From NCBI RefSeq assembly GCF_001306055.1, contig NZ_LGHJ01000019.1:1-32000 (forward strand): a DNA stretch of 32,000 nt. Reading direction: 5' to 3'. A model generated the notes under the pieces. It made no database searches and was not told the DNA's origin. It saw only the letters and a list, made by a program, of their open reading frames with translations. Of this stretch, positions 16,990-24,539 are shown in pieces; the stretch's first letter is position 1; every line of letters begins with the position of its first letter. This DNA comes from Bellilinea caldifistulae. Lineage in GTDB: Bacteria; Chloroflexota; Anaerolineae; Anaerolineales; Anaerolineaceae. The position numbers were made by a program, and so were the translations under genes.

Positions 16990-17017
16990 TTGTCACATTG
17001 TGACAACCCGCTATAAT
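16990..17017 (+). promoter_or_regulatory. Element-borne sigma70-like promoter (TTGTCA-16-TATAAT) overlapped by the perfect palindrome TTGTCAC-ATT-GTGACAA; points at the rebuilt tRNA-Leu
   Basis: The -35 hexamer is at 16990-16995, the -10 at 17012-17017 and the palindrome at 16990-17006. No other convincing promoter motif is visible between here and the tRNA 5' end at 17181. Confidence 0.5.
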
Positions 17018-17178
17018 TGTGCTAGCGTCAACGGGTTATTTACACCCAATCTTAAAAAATCAACCGCAAAAATGGGCTTTTACGGCACATGATTAGCCCA
17101 TTTTGCGGGCGGCGGGTGGCAAAAAAGCACCGCCATATCTGGCTTAAAACGGGCAAAAAACGCCCATTAAGCCAAAAT

Positions 17179-17224
17179 GCGGGGAAGTGCTGGAACTGGC
17201 AGACAGGCATGACTTAGGATCATG
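17179..17224. repeat. attR: 46-bp direct repeat forming the 5' part of the intact tRNA-Leu
   Basis: Identical to 9899-9944. Confidence 0.92.
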
Positions 17225-17262
17225 TGCCGAAAGGCGTGCGGGTTCAAGTCCCGCCTTCCCCA
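17181..17262 (+). tRNA. tRNA-Leu, anticodon TAG (class II, long variable arm), no encoded CCA
   Basis: Folded by hand. The acceptor stem is GGGGAAG/CTTCCCC. The anticodon stem is CATGA/TCATG with loop CTTAGGA, placing the anticodon at 17215-17217. The variable arm is TGCCGAAAGGCGT, the T arm is GCGGG-TTCAAGT-CCCGC, and the discriminator is A17262. Confidence 0.9.
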
Positions 17263-17288
17263 CTCAAATTAAAATTCTTTAAACAAGG

Positions 17289-18737
17289 ATGATCAAGTTG
17301 AAACTCGAAATCCAACCCCGAGATGACCATCAGGTCAATGTGATTGCTGAATTTGAGACCGAACTTTTAGAGCAATTCAAACGCCGTTCAGCGCGAAAAA
17401 TTGCAGAAAAAACCCGTATCCCCGGTTTTCGCCCCGGCAAGGCACCTTATGACGTTGTGCGTCGGGTCGTGGGAGAAGAAGCTCTAATCGAGCAAGCTAT
17501 TGAAGACTTGATTGATGAATACTATCCAAAAATTTTGGAAGAAGCCAGCCTCAAACCCGGCGCAGCCGGTAATTTAGAAAAAATCCTCAGTTTGGACCCG
17601 CCAAAATTTTCCTTCCTCGTCCCGTTAGAGCCGGAAGTTGACTTAGGCAATTACAAAGATATTCGTCTGGAATATTCCCCGCAGGCCGTTGAAGAACAAG
17701 AAGTAACCGACTTCCTCAAGCGTTTGCAAACGAATTACGCCACGGCTGAACCGGTTGACCGCCCTGCTCAGGAAGGTGACTTGGTTTACATCAAATTTTC
17801 CGGAAAATTGACGCACCCCGCCGAAGGAGAGGACGAGATGGTTTTTCCGGAACGGCCAGCTCAATTCATTTTGGGCAGCGATTTGATGGAGAACCGCTCT
17901 TTCCCGTTTCCCGGCTTTTCCGAAAATTTGACTGGTAAAAAAGAAGGCGATGCTTTCACCCTCACCTACACCTTCCCGCAAGACGAGAAGGATGAAGCCC
18001 TGCGTGGTAAAGAGGTCGAGTTTCAAGTGACCGTGCAGAGCGTCAAATCGCTGATCTTGCCTGAACTCAATGACGAATTCGCCCAGACTATCGGTCAATT
18101 TGAAACATTGGAAGACCTTAAGAAGGCAATTCGTGAGCAGTTAGAAAATGCAAAAAAAGAAGAGGCCGATGAAACCTTTTTCAATCAACTTTTCGAACGG
18201 CTGCAAGCCCAAGCAACCATCAAATACCCGCCTCAGGTACTGGAACATGAGATTGAACATTTGTTGGAGGACTTCCAGCACGATTTGAGCCGACAGGGGA
18301 TGGAACTGGACACTTATCTCAAGATGGTCAATAAAGACCGTGAAACCTTCATTCGAGAAGAACTCGAACCGATTGCCCGCCGCCGGCTTGAACGTTCGTT
18401 GATCATGGAAAAATTCGCCGACGTGGAACAAATCAAAATTGACGAAACCAATTATCAGCAGGCCATTCAAGACTCATTGCGTGATTTGCAATCCATGCCA
18501 ATGGACAAAAAACCCACAAAGGCTGAACAAAACCAACTCACCCAAGAGGTATTGATTTACAATATCAATCGCAGGCTGAATCAAATGATCCTGAATCGGA
18601 TGAAAGCCATTGCTACCGGACAAGCTTTGGAAGAACAACCTGCCGAACAAGGCCTCGCCAGCGAATCCTCAACCGAGTCTGATTCCGGTAACGAGCCTGT
18701 TCAGGAAGAGAATCAGGACGCGCCTGCTGAGGAATAG
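17289..18737 (+). CDS. tig: Trigger factor (ribosome-associated PPIase chaperone)
   Basis: A trigger factor N-domain with the ribosome-binding motif ([14 protein letters not shown]), a central FKBP-like region and an acidic C-terminal tail are present. It lies directly upstream of clpP. The start could instead be TTG 17298, which is better spaced from AAGGA. Confidence 0.9.
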   Translation: MIKLKLEIQPRDDHQVNVIAEFETELLEQFKRRSARKIAEKTRIPGFRPGKAPYDVVRRVVGEEALIEQAIEDLIDEYYPKILEEASLKPGAAGNLEKILSLDPPKFSFLVPLEPEVDLGNYKDIRLEYSPQAVEEQEVTDFLKRLQTNYATAEPVDRPAQEGDLVYIKFSGKLTHPAEGEDEMVFPERPAQFILGSDLMENRSFPFPGFSENLTGKKEGDAFTLTYTFPQDEKDEALRGKEVEFQVTVQSVKSLILPELNDEFAQTIGQFETLEDLKKAIREQLENAKKEEADETFFNQLFERLQAQATIKYPPQVLEHEIEHLLEDFQHDLSRQGMELDTYLKMVNKDRETFIREELEPIARRRLERSLIMEKFADVEQIKIDETNYQQAIQDSLRDLQSMPMDKKPTKAEQNQLTQEVLIYNINRRLNQMILNRMKAIATGQALEEQPAEQGLASESSTESDSGNEPVQEENQDAPAEE

Positions 18738-18772
18738 TCCTCAAATCAATTCAACCAGCCAAAGGAGAAACC

Positions 18773-19378
18773 ATGTCCATTCCGGCTTTTCAAAATATCA
18801 TCCCTATGGTCATCGAAAGTACTGGCCGCGGTGAGCGTGCTTACGATATCTACTCGCTGCTTTTGAAAGAGCGCATCGTATTTGTTGGTACTCCAATTGA
18901 TGACCAGATTGCTAACCTGATTGTAGCTCAACTGCTTTACCTGAGCAAAGAAGATCCCGATAAGGGTATCCAAATGTACATCAATTCCCCCGGTGGAATG
19001 ATCTACGCAGGCATGGCAATCTACGACACCATGATGATGATCCCCAACAAAATCAGCACGGTAGCTGTTGGCGTTACCGCCTCGTTCGGCACGGTTCTGC
19101 TGGCAGCCGGCACCAAAGGACAACGCTATGCACTGCCCCATGCAACCATCCACATGCACCAGCCGCTCGGTGGTGCTTCGGGTCAGGCTTCGGACATCGA
19201 AATCCAGGCCAAAGAAATCCTGCGACTGAAATCGCGTTTGAACGAAATTCTGGCCGAATGCACTGGCCAGCCGTTGGAAGTCATCGAGCGGGATACCGAG
19301 CGGGATTTTTACATGGATGCCCAACAAGCAGTTGAATACGGGCTGGTGGATCAGGTTCTCACCCCACCGAAAAAATAA
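18773..19378 (+). CDS. clpP: ATP-dependent Clp protease proteolytic subunit ClpP
   Basis: The sequence reads [55 protein letters not shown]...ASFGTVLL...[12 protein letters not shown], consistent with the Ser-His-Asp triad context. AAAGGAGA lies upstream. The 218-aa minus ORF 18746..19402 is its antisense shadow. Confidence 0.96.
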   Translation: MSIPAFQNIIPMVIESTGRGERAYDIYSLLLKERIVFVGTPIDDQIANLIVAQLLYLSKEDPDKGIQMYINSPGGMIYAGMAIYDTMMMIPNKISTVAVGVTASFGTVLLAAGTKGQRYALPHATIHMHQPLGGASGQASDIEIQAKEILRLKSRLNEILAECTGQPLEVIERDTERDFYMDAQQAVEYGLVDQVLTPPKK

Positions 19379-19383
19379 CCCCT

Positions 19384-19415
19384 TTCCGGCAGGGTTAAGC
19401 AAAACCCTGCCGGAA
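19384..19415 (+). terminator. Stem-loop after clpP (TTCCGGCAGGG-N10-CCCTGCCGGAA), possible terminator
   Basis: The stem is an 11-bp perfect match. The T tract (CCCTTTTCT) is displaced by 5 nt, so efficiency is uncertain. Confidence 0.5.
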
Positions 19416-19431
19416 ACATCCCTTTTCTGAC

Positions 19432-20223
19432 ATGCTCCTCAATAATTTTCCGCAAATTAAAGCCCTCATTTTGGACATGGATGGCGTACTCTGGCGGGGA
19501 AAGCAGCCAATTGGTGACCTCGCCCGGATTTTTGAAAGAATTCAAAACCTTGGGCTCAAGTACACCTTTGCTACCAACAATGCAACTGGCAGCATCGGTC
19601 AATATGTGGATAAACTACGCTCCTTTGGGGTTGATGTTCAACCTCAACAGATCATCAACTCGCCAATCGCAGTTGCCCATTATCTCAAACAACTGCATCC
19701 GGAAGGGGGTGCAGTTTATTTGATTGGTGAAACCGGTTTAATCGAAGCCCTCGAACAAGCCGGTTTTCATCACGCTGAGGATGGTGTTGTGGCTGTGGTG
19801 GCCGGGTTGGATCGCCAGTTTACTTACGAAAAGTTACGCAAGGCATCTCTGCTGATACAAAAAGGTATCCCATTTATCGGAACCAACCCGGATAAGACCT
19901 TTCCCTCCCCCGAAGGGTTAACCCCCGGTGCCGGTTCCATTCTGGCTGCTATCGAAACGGCCAGTGGAACCCCACCCCAAATCATGGGAAAACCTTATCC
20001 TCATCTTTTTCAATTGGCGCTCCAACGTATGGGAACTCAACCGCACGAAACACTTGTGATCGGCGACCGCTTGGATACCGACATTTTGGGGGGAATGAAT
20101 GCCGGTTGTAAAACCGCCTTGGTGCTTAGCGGGGTTACCGGTCTTGCCGAAGCCGAACAATTTCAACCCAAACCGGATTGGATTGCCAGCTCCCTCGGTG
20201 AATTGGTGGGGGTTGATTCCTGA
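19432..20223 (+). CDS. HAD-superfamily hydrolase, subfamily IIA (NagD/sugar-phosphate phosphatase-like)
   Basis: Motif I is LILDMDGVLW. The sequence FATNNAT, GKPYP and a C-terminal GDRLDTDILGG motif are typical of HAD-IIA. Confidence 0.8.
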   Translation: MLLNNFPQIKALILDMDGVLWRGKQPIGDLARIFERIQNLGLKYTFATNNATGSIGQYVDKLRSFGVDVQPQQIINSPIAVAHYLKQLHPEGGAVYLIGETGLIEALEQAGFHHAEDGVVAVVAGLDRQFTYEKLRKASLLIQKGIPFIGTNPDKTFPSPEGLTPGAGSILAAIETASGTPPQIMGKPYPHLFQLALQRMGTQPHETLVIGDRLDTDILGGMNAGCKTALVLSGVTGLAEAEQFQPKPDWIASSLGELVGVDS

Positions 20224-21312
20224 ATGGTTGAAAAAGAACCGCCCTCTCTAAAACCACTGATTTACGATCTCGATTATACCGATCTCGAGAATCTGGTCAG
20301 AGATTGGCAGCAGCCTTCGTTTCGTGCTCGTCAGATTTGGGAAGGCTTGTATCAAACATACTGGCGTAATCCCGAAGAATTTACCAACCTGCCGCTTTCT
20401 TTGAGACAAAGGTTGGCAGATAGTTTTCGGTTCATTTCATTAGAACCCATTCAAATCCTCCATTCCTCCGATCGGGAAACCATCAAAACGCTCTTCCAAT
20501 TACCGGATGGATGAGCAATCGAAGCAGTATTGATGAAGTATGAGAAACGCCGCACGTTGTGTATCTCCACACAATCGGGCTGTGCGATGGGCTGCGTGTT
20601 TTGTGCTACGGGTCAAATGGGATTCAAGCGGAATTTGACCAGCGGTGAAATTGTCGAACAGGTTATTTATTACGCAAACCTGCTTCGCCGGGAAGGCGAA
20701 TCGGTCACCAATATCGTCTTAATGGGTATGGGCGAGCCTTTCCATAACTACGATGCCACCATGGCCGCCATAGACCGGCTCAATCACCCATTGGGCATGA
20801 ATTTAGGGGCGCGAAGGTTTACCATCTCAACCGTAGGACTGGTACCCATGATCCGCCGTTTTGCCGCAGAACAAAGACAGATTAATCTGGCTATCAGCCT
20901 GCATGCAGCCGATGACGAGCTACGCACCTCAATGCTGCCAGTTAACAAAAAATACCCGCTCAGCGAATTGATGGCAGCCTGTCGGGATTATGTTGCCCAA
21001 ACCCACCGCCGCCTCACCTTTGAATGGGCATTAATCCAGAATGTGAATGATTCCGTTGAAACCGCCCGCAAACTCGCCCGGCTTTTGGAAGGTTTGTTGT
21101 GTCATGTCAATGTCATTCCCCTGAACCCCACACAAAAATACGCTGGAAAAGGAAGTACACGCGAGCGTGCCCTGGCGTTCAAGGCCGAATTGGAACGCCA
21201 TGGTGTTCCCTGCACCATCCGCATCCGGCGCGGTATTGATATTCAGGCTGGCTGCGGTCAGCTGGCAATTCAACAAGCCCAAAACTCCCCTTCCAATCCC
21301 CTTATGATATAA
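20224..21312 (+). pseudogene. rlmN: 23S rRNA/tRNA (adenine-C2)-methyltransferase RlmN (radical SAM), interrupted by one in-frame TGA at 20512-20514
   Basis: ORFs 20224..20514 and 20530..21312 are in the same frame. The reading across the stop is ...[48 protein letters not shown], a continuous RlmN motif block (DG-x-IE-x-V...CxxxCxxC). This may be a true nonsense mutation, a sequencing error or readthrough. Confidence 0.7.
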
Positions 21313-21322
21313 TCATCCCGCT

Positions 21323-22231
21323 ATGGCAGAATTCTTCTCAAAATGGAAAGAGGCGCTCAACCGAACCAGTAAAGCTGCTTTTGGCAGACTGGCAACCGTA
21401 TTTGGGGCAACCGAGATTGATGAATTCACCTGGGAAGAACTGGAAGCCCTCCTTCTTCAGGCTGATTTGGGCATCCAGACTACCCAGGAAATACTCAATG
21501 TCCTCCAGAAAAAAGCAGCCCAACAGGGTATTATTCGAGCCAGTGATCTACGCAACCTGCTGCGCAGTGAACTGATTCAACGCCTTGACCCCGCCCCGCC
21601 GATTGATCTGGACCACCACAAACCGGCAGTGGTGTTAATAGTCGGAGTAAATGGCTCCGGTAAAACCACCACCATTGCCAAACTGGGTAAAAAATACTCC
21701 CAGCAGGGCAAGAAAGTCCTGCTTGGCGCAGCCGATACCTTCCGTGCAGCAGCAGTGGATCAATTGGAAATTTGGGCCGAACGTCTTAACCTGCCCATTG
21801 TCAGCGGGCAGCCCAACGCTGATCCGGGAGCTGTGGCGTACGACACCATTCAAGCAGCCATTTCTCGGAATGTGGATTTAGTTTTTATAGATACGGCCGG
21901 TCGTCTGCATACCCGTTATAACTTGATGGAAGAATTAAAAAAAGTCTACCGCGTCAGCGGTAAGGCTTTACCGGGCGCACCTCACGCTACCTGGCTTGTG
22001 CTGGATGCCACTACTGGCCAAAATGCGCTCCAGCAGGCAAAAGCATTCAAAGAAGCCGTGCAGATTACCGGAATCATCCTTGCCAAACTCGATTCATCCG
22101 CCCGCGGGGGTATGGCATTTGCCATTCAAAAAGAATTAGGCATACCGATCCTGTTCGCCGGGTTGGGCGAACAACCGGATGACCTTCAACCTTTTGACCG
22201 CGAGGCTTTTGTGGATGGCATTCTGGCCTGA
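21323..22231 (+). CDS. ftsY: Signal recognition particle receptor FtsY (NG domain only, short form)
   Basis: The G1 motif is VGVNGSGKTTTIAKL. DTFRAAAVDQL, DTAGR, the LAKLD motif (TKLD-type) and GLGE..DDL are also present. Length is 302 aa. Confidence 0.93.
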   Translation: MAEFFSKWKEALNRTSKAAFGRLATVFGATEIDEFTWEELEALLLQADLGIQTTQEILNVLQKKAAQQGIIRASDLRNLLRSELIQRLDPAPPIDLDHHKPAVVLIVGVNGSGKTTTIAKLGKKYSQQGKKVLLGAADTFRAAAVDQLEIWAERLNLPIVSGQPNADPGAVAYDTIQAAISRNVDLVFIDTAGRLHTRYNLMEELKKVYRVSGKALPGAPHATWLVLDATTGQNALQQAKAFKEAVQITGIILAKLDSSARGGMAFAIQKELGIPILFAGLGEQPDDLQPFDREAFVDGILA

Positions 22232-22252
22232 ACCATTCATACGGGAGGAAGT

Positions 22253-23333
22253 ATGCAGGAATTAATTGATCAACTGACGGAATATTCCCGTCAAATCCAT
22301 GATCTAATGGAGCATCTTTGACTTCGCCAGAAAGAAGTCAGAACTCGAATTCCTCGAAAAACAAGCCGAAGATCCAACCTTGTGGGATGACCCGGTTCGT
22401 GCCCAACAACTGATGAAAAAACTTTCCGCTTTGCGGGAAGAAGTCCACGAGTGGGAAAAACTTCAAAAAAGAATCACCGATTTGCTCGATCTGGCACAAA
22501 TGGAAGATGAAAGCCTGTTGCCGGAAATCGAACAAGAGGTGGAAGATCTGCAAAAAATCCTTGAACAAAAGGAATTAAGCACCCTGCTCTCCGGGCCTTA
22601 TGATCAGGGGAATGCCCTGCTTGCAATCCATGCTGGCGCGGGTGGAACGGATTCACAGGATTGGGCGGCCATGCTCCAACGCATGTATCTTCGCTGGGCG
22701 GAGCGTTCCGGTTACGAGACCGAAATCCTGGACATGACCGAAGGGGAAGAAGCCGGCATCAAAAGCGTTACCATTGCCGTCAATGGAAAATATGCCTACG
22801 GCTACTTGAAATCCGAAAAAGGAGTTCATCGGCTCGTGCGGCTTTCTCCCTTTGATGCAGCCCATCGTCGTCACACCTCCTTTGCGCTGGTGGAGGTCCT
22901 GCCAGAAATTGAAGATGATGATGAAATTGTCATCAACCCGGAAGACGTCCGGATTGACATTTTTAAATCATCGGGGGCTGGTGGCCAAAATGTCCAGAAG
23001 AACGCCACGGCAGTGCGCCTTTTGCACCTGCCCACCGGTATCATTGTGACGTGTCAGAACGAACGTTCCCAAACCCAGAATCGCGAAAATGCATTTCGCG
23101 TTCTGAGAGCTCGCCTGGCAGCATTAAAACAGGAACAGCAGGAAAAAGAATTGGAAGCCCTGCGTGGTGAATATCAAAAAGCCGAGTGGGGTAGCCAGAT
23201 ACGTTCTTATGTCCTGCATCCTTATCAATTGGTCAAAGATCACCGCACCGATTACGAAACCGGCAACACACAAGCCGTCCTGGATGGCGAATTGGACGGC
23301 TTCATTGAGGCTTATTTACGCTGGAAACGCTAA
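22253..23333 (+). CDS. prfB: Peptide chain release factor 2 with programmed +1 ribosomal frameshift: join(22253..22318, 22320..23333)
   Basis: Frame 0 reads ATG 22253 ... ATG GAG CAT CTT TGA (MQELIDQLTEYSRQIHDLMEHL-stop). The canonical shift site CTT TGA C is at 22316-22322, with an internal SD (GGAG, 22309-22312) 3 nt upstream. The +1 frame continues as DFARKKSELEFLEKQAEDPTLWDDP... into ORF 22380..23333. The RF2-specific SPF motif (RLSPFDA) and the GGQ motif (SGAGGQNV) are present. GGGAGGA lies upstream of the ATG. Confidence 0.93.
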
Positions 23334-23337
23334 ACCG

Positions 23338-24312
23338 CTAATCCAGCATCTTTGCCAGTTCGAATAATTTCAGGTCAATTTGTTTTTTGTTGCTGACCAC
23401 TTCCTCCAGCGGGGTTGTGCTCACCTGACTTTTGATCATACCGACCAGCACGCCGTATTCACCTCTTTCAAGGGCCTCAACGGCTCCGGCCCCAAGCCGG
23501 CTTGCCAGAATCCGATCATACGCGCCGGGGTCGCCTCCACGTTGAACATGCCCCAAGATGGTAACTCGTAGATCGAAACCCAGGCGCTCGCGGTGCTTTT
23601 CAAAATACGAACCAAGCTTGGTAGCATTGTACTGAGCGCCTTCAGCAACTACCACAATAGCGTGGGCTTTACCGCGCTCATAGGCGCGTACCAGTCGTTG
23701 AGCAATTTCCTCGGGGTCAACCTCAACCTCAGGTATGACCACCGCTTCTGCACCGCCGGCAATGGATGCCATCAAAGCCAGATAGCCACAATCCCGCCCC
23801 ATCACTTCCACCAAAAAAGCGCGTTGGTGAGAAGATGCCGTAATTTTCAAGCGGTCAATGGCCTCCAGGGCAATATTCAATGCCGTATCCACCCCGATGG
23901 TGATGTCCGAACCATAGAGATCATTATCAATCGTCGAAGCCACCCCCACTACCGGAAAACCATGTCGGTGTAGCGCCAGTGAACCGGTTTGAGAACCGTT
24001 CCCACCGATCACCACCAAACCCTCAATCCCAAATTGATTCAATGAACGAATCGCCTTTAATTGTCCGGCCTCAGTCTTGAATTCTGGCGAACGGGCACTG
24101 CCCAGAATTGTACCGCCCCGCTGTAAAATTCCCCCCACATCTCTGGCGCCCAGAGGAAAAATTTTACCATCAATCAAGCCTTCATAGCCGTTGCGCACAC
24201 CGTAAACTTCCCATCCGCGAATCGCTGCCGTTCGGACTACAGCCCGAATAGCCGCATTCATACCGGGTGCGTCCCCCCCGCTGGTTAACACAGCAATTCT
24301 ACGCATGATCAT
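23338..24312 (-). CDS. pfkA: ATP-dependent 6-phosphofructokinase
   Basis: The sequence reads RRIAVLTSGGDAPGMNAAIRAVVR...GGNGS...TIDNDL...MGRDCGYLAL..., the PFK-A family signature. The start may be ATG 24312 or the second Met at 24306. It is convergent with prfB, with only 4 nt between the stops. Confidence 0.93.
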   Translation of the reverse strand: MIMRRIAVLTSGGDAPGMNAAIRAVVRTAAIRGWEVYGVRNGYEGLIDGKIFPLGARDVGGILQRGGTILGSARSPEFKTEAGQLKAIRSLNQFGIEGLVVIGGNGSQTGSLALHRHGFPVVGVASTIDNDLYGSDITIGVDTALNIALEAIDRLKITASSHQRAFLVEVMGRDCGYLALMASIAGGAEAVVIPEVEVDPEEIAQRLVRAYERGKAHAIVVVAEGAQYNATKLGSYFEKHRERLGFDLRVTILGHVQRGGDPGAYDRILASRLGAGAVEALERGEYGVLVGMIKSQVSTTPLEEVVSNKKQIDLKLFELAKMLD

Positions 24313-24539
24313 ACCCTCCGAAAATACTACTCTCCAATGATAGCTGTCTGTACGATTTTAACACAGTTTTGAGATACTGCCGCCTTTGGAATTGTGGCAT
24401 TCCATCATCCTCTATGCAAAGAACAGGTGACACTCGTGAGCAAAAAAGCGGCAATATTTCAGTAGAAAGGCGAGTATGGGTTTGCTACAATCAGTACGGT
24501 AGTGGCAGGCAAATCCTGAACCACAGAAAAGGACTATCC

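Larger units (their letters stand above)
9899..17224. mobile_element. Integrative element (about 7.28 kb unique plus one repeat copy) in tRNA-Leu(UAG); satellite-like or integrative-plasmid-like (int, switch, PrimPol-helicase, ori-like repeats, TerS-like HTH)
   Basis: The evidence is the perfect 46-bp direct repeats, one of which lies inside an intact tRNA, and a tyrosine integrase starting 88 nt inside attL. Replication and regulation genes are present. The interior looks more GC-rich than the flanks by eye (not computed). Confidence 0.85.

Noticed and set aside
19379-20223. Absence of clpX after tig-clpP (a HAD phosphatase follows instead)
   Set aside because: clpX is unlinked from clpP in many bacterial lineages. 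No scar, repeat or mobile-element signature is visible at 19379-19431, so this is probably ordinary synteny variation.
20512-20574. Selenocysteine or alternative-code explanation for the in-frame TGA in rlmN
   Set aside because: The only nearby hairpin (TTGTGT-ATCTCC-ACACAA, 20557-20574) is a 6-bp stem 43 nt downstream, which is too far and too small for a bacterial SECIS. TGA clearly terminates many other genes in the window, so a TGA-recoded genetic code does not fit. RlmN has no known Sec at this site.
23331-23340. Only 4 nt between the convergent prfB and pfkA stop codons, leaving no room for terminators
   Set aside because: This is real but common in compact genomes. Termination may occur inside the opposing gene or be Rho-dependent, and nothing further can be inferred from the sequence.
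24313-24539. Possible glycine or other riboswitch in the 227-nt leader of the amine-oxidase-like operon
   Set aside because: I could not find the conserved glycine-riboswitch core (the ACCGAAGG/GGAGAG pattern) or any other riboswitch core I recognise. The region is also shared with the divergent pfkA promoter.
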